From contig OX337231.1 of assembly GCA_946965045.2 (NCBI GenBank), forward strand, positions 2,666,001-2,730,000: a stretch of 64,000 nt of DNA. The letters run 5' to 3'. The stretch is from Epithemia pelagica. Its lineage: Eukaryota; Protista; Bacillariophyta. Shown in pieces: positions 22,956 to 34,445 of the stretch. Made by a program: the position numbers and the translations under genes. Every line of letters starts with the position of its first letter. Position 1 is the first letter of the stretch. The notes beneath the pieces are model-generated. The model was given only the letters and a program-made list of their open reading frames with translations. It was not told where the DNA came from and made no database searches.

Positions 22956-23846
22956 ATCTATTCCTATATATTTGAATATTAAGTAAATATATCTATTTTA
23001 AATATATTTCTAGTTCAGTGACAATCTATCTATCTATTTATTCGCTAGGTAGGAATATATCTATCTATCTATTCCACTACTGAATTTGGGAATAGATTAA
23101 AAATTGAATATGACACAGCCCTGATAAAGGATCAAGAGATATCAAGACCACGAATCTTGGACAAGGCCCAACCTCACACAGGACAAATCTTGCAGATTCA
23201 TCCACTTGATGATGAATTATGATTTCCCAACAAGAAGACTTGTCTTGAGACTAAGGGCTATCATCACACCAGAGCGGAAAGCGAGTGGATATAAGAACGT
23301 ACTCCATTCATACCCAACGAATCTTCTCAAATTGTGACATGCCATTCTTCCAAAATGCCTCTAGAACTTTTACATTTTCACAAAGTACAAAGTACGCATG
23401 TTGTCGGACTTCGAGACCCAATGGATCTCATTATCCGTACGTTGTGTTCCGAGTATCGGAAGCAACAAAAGTCCCAGGAGTCTAAAGTCCCCCACCCGAT
23501 ACCCCATACCTCTTACATGGTGTACCACCAACGGAGCCCACGATTAATCCAGAACCCTATCGTAATCTTACATCCCGTCCAACATCTCGTAGCTCGTAGG
23601 AGTAGTGTCTTATTGTACAGCATGCCTATCAGCAACAAGGTCGTAGAAGTATGAAGTATGAAATCCTTCGACCTGTTGATCTTTGTTTGTTCTCGAATCT
23701 TTGTCAGAATCTTTTTGGAAGAGGGGACGATCCCCAGATCCATCACCCTTGCCCCCAATATGCGGTGACTCCTTTTCGGTTCCAGATTTTCCATTGTATG
23801 TCAGCAATCAGCAACACTAAGGTACAGCCATCGTTTCAACAATCCC

Positions 23847-24828
23847 ATGTGGACGGATATCTCGAACTTTGTTGACGGATTAACAGGCCGCGAAGGGAGC
23901 ATTGGTGTAAGGTCCTTGCTTCATTTTTGATTCCATCTTTAGTGCGTCCTGGATCTCTCATTCATGATGTTTTCCGCCGACCACTTTTCCCCTCTCATGA
24001 TTCTTTCTTTCCCAGTATGTCCTTATTCTCCTAGCGGTTGTTGCCGGTTACTCGTTTACGAGCTCCTGGATGGTTTCGGACGACAGACTAGCGGATAAGA
24101 AAAATTCAGAAGAGACAAAAGAAGAACCCGACCCTCCTAGAAATTTCACCGCCAAGCAACTTCGACACTTTGATGGAACGAAGGATCCAAAATCAGAGGA
24201 AGATAAACCAGTTTATCTGGCAGTCAATGGCACTGTATTTGATGTTTCGCTAGGCCGAGATTTTTATGGTCCCGGAGGACCGTACGAGAAGTTCGCCGGC
24301 AGAGAATGTGGAATGGCCTTGGCCAAAATGTCATTTGACGAAGAGCATTTGGACAATCTCGAAGGCTGTGCATCGTTGAATTTTGGAGAAAAGAACCAGT
24401 TACATGAATGGTACGAAAAGTTCAAGTATTATCGAGCTTATCCAGAAATGGGGCGATTGGTTCCCGAAAGTGCTCTACCGTCTTCGGATCGCTATCTTTC
24501 GACCGAAGAGCTTTTGCAGAATTCTGGTACATGCAAAGAGATTCCCGAAGGATATGCCGCTACTCCTATCTATGTCGGAGCAGGAGAGAAAGTTTATGAC
24601 ATGTCGTTTGGGGGTATAACCCACTATGGACCGGGAGGGCCGTATCACAAATTTGCAGGTCGCGATGTCAGCCGGGCACTGGCGAAGATGAGTCTAAACG
24701 AAGAAGACATCACCAGCAGTAAAACCAGTGATTTGGAGGAGAAGCAACTAGCAGTTCTCAAAGATTGGATAAAAACTTTTGAAGAGAAGAAAGGATACCC
24801 CGTTGTCGGGAGACTGGACAAGTCATGA
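23847..24828 (+). CDS. Membrane-anchored MAPR-type protein with two tandem cytochrome-b5-like heme/steroid-binding domains; intron 23907-24015
   Basis: Two copies of VY/FDVS/M.G..FYGPGGPY.KFAGR. Splicing adds MWTDISNF...GYVLILLAVVAGYSF (TM segment) in frame with the ORF at 24070. Confidence 0.88.
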
Positions 24829-25075
24829 TCGCAATCGAGATCGAAACGTACTTTCATGTAGCTAATGCAGTGAGCATGACATGGAATGAACGGCATAACA
24901 GGCGTTAGAGGAAATTCCTAGTATTAAGAGGCTCTACTTGCTTGTTCATCCATTCTGCGAAGACACTTTTGTTGTTTTGGTATTTCTCGTGAAATTAAGA
25001 ATATGTCGTCTGTGAAATTAAGAATGATGCAAAGATCGAGAGTCTCAACCATTCGATCACATATTTTGTCGTTTC

Positions 25076-25762
25076 CTATGATGATTCGTTCTTGATCGAC
25101 GTTCGACAGTAGGGACACAAATCTGTGCGCATGAGCCACTCATCGACGCACTCAACGTGGAAGCAGTGCCCGCAAGGTAGGCGTCGAAGCTGCTCATTGC
25201 TGCAATATTCGTGCTGACATATCAGACACTTGTGTTCAGAGTCGTCCGCATCGGCTCCAAAGCTGTCTGGTTTGTACGTTTCGATTGGAAGTTTTTCAAT
25301 TCGGCTCCGAGCGACCATTGCCCATCGATCTTGTTTAACGTTTCCAATGCGTTCCCCTATCTGAAGCATGGTTTCATATGACAAATTCCCCTCTTCGTCT
25401 TCTTGCAGTTCTGTCTCATCGGCTTCCACATCTTCCTGTAGTGCCGCCCGGAGAGCTTCATAGTCTTCTTCCGGAAGTTGATCGCGGCTTTCGTGAAGCA
25501 TTTGCACAGAATGATGGTAAGATGCCATTGCTTCTTCCGCCATGAGCATTCGAGCTAGCTCTATAGATTCCTCTTCTTCGCGACGTTGTCTTTCTTCCTC
25601 GGTCTCGGTGGACGTTTCTTCCGCATGGCAGTCTCCGTTGGCCTCCTCCGATGATGATTCTTGTTCGGAGAAGTCAAGTTTTGTGGGCTCTGTGAATCTC
25701 AGGAACTCACTGCCTTCCTCATTGGTCTGGATTTTTTCACTTGTATTGCTATTGCCGGGCAT
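25076..25762 (-). CDS. RING-H2 E3 ubiquitin ligase with UIM-like helix
   Basis: CLIC...LPCGHCFH..CVDEWL....CPYC; LSYETMLQIGERIG; EEESIELARMLMAEE. Confidence 0.88.
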   Translation of the reverse strand: MPGNSNTSEKIQTNEEGSEFLRFTEPTKLDFSEQESSSEEANGDCHAEETSTETEEERQRREEEESIELARMLMAEEAMASYHHSVQMLHESRDQLPEEDYEALRAALQEDVEADETELQEDEEGNLSYETMLQIGERIGNVKQDRWAMVARSRIEKLPIETYKPDSFGADADDSEHKCLICQHEYCSNEQLRRLPCGHCFHVECVDEWLMRTDLCPYCRTSIKNESS

Positions 25763-27435
25763 TTTGTATCTTTAATTATAGCAGGTCTCAATCTTTGGTA
25801 GATGGGAGGACGGGTGAATGGCTTTGGTCTCTGTTGTTTGGTTCGGGGGTTTCGCTTTCATGCAAATTTGTGAGCACGATGTTGTTGTTTTCTTCAGCGA
25901 TGCGGCGTGGGCGTGGAGGCCGGCGTTGCGCGCACAGATTCGACGAAGGCACCGACTAGGTGTCCGCCTTTTAGTGGTCTGCCTGTCAACTCTTTCATGG
26001 TCTGTCCTGCTCACCAAAAACTCCTTCCCCGCCAGAAAAAAATGATCACATCCGGCTGGAAAGGCTGGCGTGATTTGGCAGTTGGAAGATGGCTGGCGTT
26101 CTGCTCAACAAGACTCAAAATATTCCTGTTCGTTCAGGAGAGTCATAAAATCAATGCCGCAACAAAATGAGACCAAACCAAACCCCAAAACGGCCTCATG
26201 CTTCGTTACTGAGCTCTGAGCATGTCATCTTTGTCCGCATGGTAAGTTCCGGACGGCCTAATCCCTGCAGTGTAATGGACCATGGTTTGGGTTACGTTCT
26301 CACTTGTTTGCCACACTTTCAAGTGTTTGTGCCGTACAACATCCATTTTTGGTCCATTCAATGGGCGGCAGCTAAAATCAAATGTAGGATTCTTCTAACA
26401 TGTCATTCGTAGGAGTAGAATTTTCAACCTCAGTAAGATAGGATTAGTGGAACCATTCCTTTCTCACCTGTTGCTCAGTTTGAGTCTTTAGTGTCTTGTG
26501 TTGTCGACTTGCGCCTCTTGGTCGTTTTTTTTGCCAGGAGTATCTCATGTGTTTCTCAGCAGCATGTGGGACTCTGCATACTCCATGACACAAGCAGGAA
26601 GAGATTCATTCTAAAAGAGGTGGTAGTAGGTCAAGCTCATTTGCTTGCAAAGAGACAAGCCTACGGCATAGACAAACAAGGTGTGCGGATGTGGATGAAG
26701 GTGTGCTTTTAAACCGAGAACTACACGAGAACAAAGAACACTAGAAAAAGGAGGGAAGGGGGCACAGCCAAACACTATCTATGGTCTTTGCATGTCGAAT
26801 GTCAGCGATACGCAAATGATGCAGAATGCATGTTTATGGTGCATGTCCATGACAAACACCTAAAAGAGAAAAGACGAAGTGACAAAATTTGTGAGGAGTG
26901 TTGGAATGAAAGGGAAAAGGGAAGACCAACGGTCAAAGCGCGCACGGCTTCTCACAAGAATTCGAAAGGATGATCCAGAAGGCCGGCGTGATCATTTTCA
27001 TTTTGACCAGAAATTTTCTTCATAAACGAAAAAAAACGAAAATAAAAATGATTGGTCGCGGAGAGCGGCCGGACGGCCAAGAAGCGGACACCTAGTCGGA
27101 GGGAGACAAAAGGACAGGCATGCTCGCCATCATTCCCCAGTCAGTACACAAGAGATTGGAGTGATGAAGAAAGCGCACGCGCGGTAATGCCCGATCAACA
27201 TTCATTGCACAATAATTGCGGCAGTTCTCTTCCAGTCGCAAACCGTCCGTCGTCATCGTCAGCTGTTCGTGGTGGTTATCGCTGCTACCACAAGAGAATG
27301 GACAAACGGATATCCACGGTTGAACAAAAATTTTGTTCGTTCGGTCTGACGAGTGCTGACCCGAGATCAGCAGTTGTTGTCAAGTAATCTGCATTCATTA
27401 CTAGTTGGTTGGTTTCGCGCTGCGACGTTTCCAAT

Positions 27436-28105
27436 ATGTCTGCTGCCGCAAATGGACGGATCATGAAGGAGCTGAAGGAGGTTGGGAAAAAGGACACTTC
27501 TGGAGTGCAAGCGAAGGTCATTAGCGACGGCGATATACGACATCTTCGGGGATCGATCCAAGGACCGGAAGGCACACCATATGAAAACGGTGTTTTCGAG
27601 ATTGATATAACGATCCCCAAACAGTATCCATTTGAACCTCCCAAGATGAAATTCATCACAAAGATCTGGCATCCAAACATCTCGTCTCAAACTGGGGCTA
27701 TCTGTCTGGTAGGTTTTTCACTGAGGTCCCTTCTCGAGACAAGAACATGGGTGGGTATGTCTAACACCTTATGTTAACTTCAAATAACAGGACATACTGA
27801 AAGATAACTGGAGCCCAGCCCTGACCATAAAAACTGCACTACTCTCGCTGCAAGCTCTATTATGTTCGGCCGAACCAAGCGATCCACAAGATGCCGAAGT
27901 AGCAAAAATGTATATGGCCAACCGAGAGGAGTTTGAGCGGACTGCGAAATTCTGGACGGAATCCTATGCAAAGCCTAGTTCAAAAGAGGACGCTGTATCA
28001 CGTGTGTGTGAAATGGGATTTGACCGAGAAAGTGCTCGTAAGGCCCTCGAAAAACATGATTGGGACGAGAGCGCCGCAGTCAATGCTCTTTTGGGTGGAA
28101 TATGA
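27436..28105 (+). CDS. UBE2K: Ubiquitin-conjugating enzyme E2-25K/Ubc1 with C-terminal UBA; intron 27709-27790
   Basis: [32 protein letters not shown]|DILK, and UBA motif [14 protein letters not shown]. Confidence 0.92.
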
Positions 28106-28562
28106 TGATTGAGATTTCGAAAGATTACCATTCATATTCCATCAACGTGTTTGTAAAAGAAAATTTTTGTGCTGTTCGAATGCATGGATCCACTGGATGT
28201 GATGCAACAATTCATGATTCACATTTCTGTGAAGAAGATCTTCGTCCCTTAGCACCATTCTTTTCAACCTCCTTTTGCACTGCACCGTCATTATTCTAAT
28301 GAAACTAATCCAGCACGACAAACCAGAGCTTTCCGAATCTCCCCACATGCCAGCTGTCTTCCTGGTAGTATATCCATGTTCGATTGCATTTTCTCAAATT
28401 GTCTATGTGATTTTTGTCATAGTTCAGCTTTGAAGAGGCTTGTGTTGCTCTCAGAACTTGATGCCGTTTTCAAACCGCCTTTCGGGGTACATGCAAACGC
28501 TTCTCGAGCAAATGAGCTGCGAAAATTTCGTACAAACGTGACGATTAATTCATTCATCATGA

Positions 28563-29258
28563 TCAATCACCAGTTTCGAAAAGATTCAAGGATCCCTCCA
28601 GTGGAATCGTTTCGTCCAGTAATGACGAATCGCGAGTATCTTTGATACGGCCTTGCCAGAAAAGGACACCTACTCGACACTGACAAGGAAGCCCTACATC
28701 ATTGAGATTGTACCTCGCATCTGACAAAATTCCGTCGACTCCATGCAAGATTGCCATGCTATCCATTACAAGAACGTCTCCAGATTCAAGCTTGAGATTA
28801 TCGTTGTTGCAACGGAAATCAACGGATTGTCCTACGGTGATCATGGCAAGCCATTCTTCGCGCTGTCCAGGTTGGGTAGGTGAATCGTAGTGTGGTGGCA
28901 TAGATCCATTTAGACCATATGCCAAAACAACTCCTGACAGGGCAGTCCTTGTATCACTGAGAGTCAATAACGGCTTGTCATCGGGAAAATCTTCAGAAGC
29001 AGCACGTCGAAACGCTTCACGTGCTACACAAGCAGCCTTTGTAAGCACTTGAGAAAGGTCGTCACCACAGCCAACTCCCATTTCCAGCTTGATTGAAGTT
29101 TTCGATGATCCTAGAAGCAAGGTCCATTCCTTTTGGTGGTAGTTGTTGCCACGGGAAAATTCGTTGTGCGACTGAATCACCTCATTCACTATCTGCCGCT
29201 GGTCTTCGACCGTAACTTGTTGTCGATACACAACAAAACGATCCCGACGTTTCATCAC
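28563..29258 (-). CDS. AlkB-like 2-oxoglutarate/Fe(II) dioxygenase
   Basis: HxD (MPPHYD), LESGDVLVM, distal His (ILHGV), C-terminal Arg (RVGVLFW). 5' end uncertain. Confidence 0.75.
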   Translation of the reverse strand: MMKRRDRFVVYRQQVTVEDQRQIVNEVIQSHNEFSRGNNYHQKEWTLLLGSSKTSIKLEMGVGCGDDLSQVLTKAACVAREAFRRAASEDFPDDKPLLTLSDTRTALSGVVLAYGLNGSMPPHYDSPTQPGQREEWLAMITVGQSVDFRCNNDNLKLESGDVLVMDSMAILHGVDGILSDARYNLNDVGLPCQCRVGVLFWQGRIKDTRDSSLLDETIPLEGSLNLFETGD

Positions 29259-29600
29259 ACCTGGTCTCCTTCCGATGCCGTACGATCTCTCTCAACCTTT
29301 CATAACAGAGAGAAAGCAGCATAAGCCTGGACCTGGATGCTTGTGTCGCCATTCGCAATGATGAAACTGCGATCGAAAGCCGATACGCTCGAAAGAGCCC
29401 ATAACCCGTTTAGATCTACAAGAACTATGAATGCCCTACCTCTAGCTTCGAACATCGAGTTGCCCAACTATGAATGTTACTCCTAATCCATTTGCTGTAA
29501 TGCACATCAAGGTTTAGGTGTATAAATGCACGAGCAAGAGTGTTCCTCATCTTCAATGCTGCAATAAAAGTTCTTAGAATCGAGAAACGACGCACAAGAG

Positions 29601-31272
29601 CTACAATACCTCCCCTTCTTTTTGAGGAGATAGCCCAGTGTTTCCTTCGAGTGCGTCTTGAGGTGCAGGACGCCGCTGCACGAGTTCCGCCTCAATTTCA
29701 AGAATGCTTCGGTCACCAGTAATCTCTGCAAAGTAGGTAGACATATAATCCAAGGACCGTCCTTTTGTCTCTGGAAGGAATTTATAGAGAAACGCCATCA
29801 CAATCATTGTGATGATCCCTAGCAAACAAAAGAAAGCCCCAAATCCCATTGCGTTTGCCGTCGACAAAAACGTGGATGCCATTAGAGTTGCCGTTGCTCG
29901 ATTCATGGTCGTGGCGATGGCCATGGCTTTGGCTCTGATGGAAATCGTGAAAATTTCCGACGGAATCAACCATGCGCCAGGACCCATGCCAATACTGAAG
30001 AACGCCAAGTACAAGGCTAATCCCGTTACCTCAGCTCCAGTACTCAGACTTGTGTGGATCAGCTTCGCGATTCCAACGAGGAATAATGAACCAATCATAC
30101 CCGTGAGTGAGATAAAGAAAAGCAAACGACGTCCGCGTCTATCGAAACATTTTCCTCCAATGAACACGAATATCAACTTAATCACACCAAGTAGGACCAG
30201 AACCAAACTTTGTCGTTCCTTCGAGTCAATCCCTGACTCTTGAATAATATCAAGGAGGTAGTACTGAATGGCGTCAATTCCAACAGCTTGTTGTCCTACT
30301 GCAACGCCGACACCCACCATTAATATACGTTGAAAAGCTGGCGTCGGCCTCAGGATTGCCGCCCAACCCACCGCCTTTTCTGCCGCCGCGTCTCTGGAAA
30401 TTGATTCTTGAATGTCTTGGACAACAGGTTCAATGTCATATCCGTCAGGGTAGATTTTGGTCAAGATTTCTTTCGCCTCCTCGACGCGCGTGTTGCTGAC
30501 AAGCCACCGAGGAGATTCGGGCATGACGGTGAAAACCAGCACAATCATGATGATCGGCATGAAACAGCCCAACAGAGTCGTTACACGCCATTCGATGTTG
30601 TCGTCCAAAGAACCCATGAATAAGCCAGTCGAAAAACCAAAGACCAATCCAATGTTCAAAGCAATTTCTGACCACGTGACAAGTTCTCCACGGTACTTGG
30701 CAGGTGATACTTCCGCAATGTACAATGGGTCGATGGCTAAGCCAACGCCAACTCCCAAGCCCACAAACATACGGCCAATCATCAAAACAGTGTAGCCCTG
30801 TGCCAAAATGGTAATGATAATTCCGATTATAAAAACAATGGCGGCGACCAGGAAGGTCCTCCGACGACCCCATCTATCTGAAACGTACTGTGCACCGAAT
30901 GCACCAAACATTGCCCAGAAATTGATCGATCCGAGGTACGCTTCTCGTTCGAAAGCTGTTCCATCGTCAACAGAAACAGAGAAATTGAAGTCAGAAATGT
31001 CAGGGCTTGTTGGAGAAAAATCCCTTTCTAAGGTAGGACAATGTGGTTAACGTACTTGAGAGATCAAACTCCTCTTGAACTAATCGGCCAACTTCTGTAC
31101 CTATACCAATGTCATATCCAAGGTTACAAGAGTTGACTGCCGCACAGAGAGCGAACTTATACGTTGAGGACGTGATCTTGATCGGCACGTCTCCAAAGTC
31201 TCCATGGTGCTCGCCTTCGTGTGTCTTTTGAAGCTTTGGAGACGTAGGGTTGGGAAGGTCTTGCTCCGTCAT
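29601..31272 (-). CDS. MFS sugar-porter (polyol/inositol-type) transporter, copy 1; intron 30956-31055
   Basis: GYDIG, SDRWGRR, YIAEVSP...RG, PESPRWL, QQAVGIDAIQYY, LPETKG. Confidence 0.92.
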
Positions 31273-31804
31273 GGTCTTTATCTTCTGTTGTCGATCAAAG
31301 GGTTTAGCTTTCGAAGATATGCCACATGTGCCATGTAGATTGTAGATGTCCGCTTGACGACGACACACTGTTTTGTGTCTTTGTTATTTTTTTTATTTCT
31401 TGTTCTTTGAGAAGCTAGAAGAGAGCAATTAGTATGATGAACTACTAGCTAGCTAGGAGATTTAGAAATAGAAATGAAATGCAGGCGCGGGACTACCCTC
31501 ACCATCACGCTATACAATAAGTACGCATGATTCATGATTGGATATTGGATACAGCTATCGACGTAACACAAAATGAATCAAAAGAAAACGTCGTTCCGTT
31601 TTCTCCCGAAGACAAAACATGCGCACAGGACTACCACACCATACCAGCGCTATGCATGGATGGGGCCAACCATTTGTAGTAACAGAGGACTATGATGTTG
31701 CACACTCTTTACGCACGCTAGCTAATACATTCGATAACGAAAAATGTCCGACACCGATGAACAGATTCGGAGACCAAGTCGGGTATGTGGCAAGGACGCT
31801 GCGG

Positions 31805-33466
31805 CTACAGTACTTCTGCCTGTTTTTGCATGGAAAGTCCTTTCCTCTGATGTTGGTCCACTTTTGCCTCGGCCTCCAGAATACTGCTGTCTCCAGTGAT
31901 CTCGGCAAAGTACGTGGACATTTCCTCCAGCGTGCACCCCTTTGTCTCTGGAAGGTACATGTAAATAAAGGTCAATACGAGAATCGAAATCATCCCCAAC
32001 ATGCAGAAAAATGCCGCAAACCCCATGGCGTTGGCCGTCGACAAAAAAGTGGAGGCCATGAGCGTTGCCGTGGCGCGATTCAAGGCAGCCGTCACCGACA
32101 TGGCCTTGGCTCGAATTGACACGGAAAATATCTCTGATGGAATCAACCATGCACCAGGACCCATTCCGATACTGAAAAAGGCCAAGTACAAGGCCAGCCC
32201 AGATATTTGAGCTCCAGTACTTATTGCAGTATCCACCAGTTTTGCTGTTCCAACCAGGAACAAGGATCCAGTGATACCAATCAAGGACACAAAGAAGAGG
32301 TTTCGACGCCCTCGACTATCAAAGCATTTCCCTCCAATGAAAATGAAAATAAGCTTGATAATACCCAGAAGCACTAGCACGACACCTTGTTGTTCCTTCG
32401 ACTCAACCCCAGACTCTTGTATTATATCAAGTAGGTAATATTGAATCGCTTCAATTCCAATCGCTTGCTGTCCAACGGCAATACCGATACCCACCATCAG
32501 CATGCGTTGAAAGGCGGGTGTCGGTCTGTAAATTGTGGACCAACCGACATTCTTTTCGGCTGCAGCATCTCTGGCAATAGCATCCTGTATATCGTGCATA
32601 ATTCGATCAATATCGTAGCCTTCAGGGTATATTTTGGATATTACGTCCTTGGCCTCGTCCATCCGATTCTTGCTCACAAGCCATCGTGGCGATTCGGACA
32701 TGACCGTAAGAACCAACACAATCATGATGGTAGGCATGACACAACCCAAAAGAAACGTGAGTCGCCATTGTAAATTGTTGTCCAAGCCCCCCAGGAACAA
32801 TCCAGTTGAAAATCCAAGCACAATTCCGGTATTCAAAGCAATTTCGGACCAAGTGACCAGTTCTCCACGATATTTAGCAGGTGTGACTTCTGCAATGTAC
32901 AAAGGGTCGATAGCAAACCCCACACCAACGCCCAATCCAACAAACATGCGACCTATCATCAAGCCAGTGTAACCCTGAGCCATGATGGTAATAAGAATAC
33001 CGACAATGAACCCAATGGCGGCAACAACAAAGGTCATCCGACGACCCCATCTGTCCGAAACATATTGAGCACCGAATGCTCCAAACATTGCCCAGAAATT
33101 CAACGACCCAAGAAACACTTGTCGTTCCGATACTGTCATTGTTATGGGCGAGAGCAAGGACGTTGTGTGTCAATGAAAAGTGTGAGAGTACAGAACGGAG
33201 AGCAAAGAGAACTGAATGGAGAGAACAGACGACGTACGTGTGAGACCAAAGTCGTCTTGAATTAAACGACCAATTTCGGTGCTGATTCCAATGTCATAGC
33301 CAAGGTTACAAGAGTTGACCGAGGCACAGATTGCGAACAGGTACGTTGATGAAGTGATCTTGACTGGAACATCATCGCTCTCTCCATCATGTTGATGTGC
33401 TTCCTCAGCCTCCAAGAGTTTGTCAGATGAATAGTTTAATATACGCCGCATCTCCACACAGTCCAT
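31805..33466 (-). CDS. MFS sugar-porter transporter, copy 2 (tandem paralog); one intron at the same position as in copy 1
   Basis: Same motifs as copy 1 (GYDIG, SDRWGRR, SESPRWL, QQAIG, LPETKG). Intron falls between DFGLT and LSERQVF. Confidence 0.9.
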
Positions 33467-33860
33467 GAAGCTGCCTATCACCTTCAACTTGCAATTGTCG
33501 CGTCGTTTATGGAGGGAGAATCACGAGATAGATGGCTGATCTCAAGTCACGATGACACAGCGATCAGCGTTATCAAACTGCCTGTCGGCTATGGATCTAT
33601 GACGACAGAGTCCAATGTCCCAATGGCAACATAAACGATTGCAAATCCCCCATGGCTCAACGCCCGTCGTAGTATGTGGTTTGTCTCGGGCCGTTGGGTT
33701 GGTCGTTGGTGATGTCGTCCGACGCAAAATCTCACGCAGCATTTTTGTTCTATTAGAGGAAAGAAAATGAGTTAGCTCTGTTCAGTAACCCTAAATGCAA
33801 TTAGATTGAGCAGAATCTTTCGTCTTTTAGTCTTATGAGCAGCAGCCATGAAATGTCTGA

Positions 33861-34000
33861 CGCGGGGAGAGAGACCAGCGAACACATCCTGCCAGTCGGA
33901 GCAGTCTATCCGTCGCGAGGTCTTCACACATAGCTAGAGGAGAGCTAGGAGAGTAGTCGCATTTGCCGTAAGGCCCAGAGGAAACCGGAATGGCTCCCAC
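33861..34000 (-). repeat. Repeat B2 (140 bp), 3' terminus of the element
   Basis: Identical by eye to 34238-34377. Confidence 0.95.
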
Positions 34001-34018
34001 GGGCGGGAAAGGGGAATT

Positions 34019-34237
34019 TTTGATTGTCTCTTAGGTCTATCTATCTGTAGACCTCGTCTCTCAGGATGGCAGTGTCAGTGTCAGAGCACACGATCCCAAG
34101 ATTGTGAGCTCTAGACTCTTGCGCATGGATTGGCAACTGGACTCGTATCTTGTGTCCGCGAGATCGTCCACCTGGCGCGTCATTGCCCGACATGCGCGCG
34201 CTCCACTGCCCTGCTCCGACGTACGCACGACAGACAC
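34019..34237 (-). repeat. Repeat A2 (219 bp)
   Basis: Identical by eye to 41609-41827. Confidence 0.95.
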
Positions 34238-34377
34238 CGCGGGGAGAGAGACCAGCGAACACATCCTGCCAGTCGGAGCAGTCTATCCGTCGCGAGGTCT
34301 TCACACATAGCTAGAGGAGAGCTAGGAGAGTAGTCGCATTTGCCGTAAGGCCCAGAGGAAACCGGAATGGCTCCCAC
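34238..34377 (-). repeat. Repeat B1 (140 bp), directly abutting A2
   Basis: Identical by eye to 33861-34000. Confidence 0.95.
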
Positions 34378-34445
34378 CACCATTGAACTCGGAGAGACAG
34401 ACATTCTGTGCATTCGTGGATCGGATCGTATGGATTTTGGTGTCA

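Noticed and set aside
25800-27400. Several 60-130 aa ORFs between the RING and UBE2K genes
   Set aside because: No motifs or consistent splice model; treated as intergenic.
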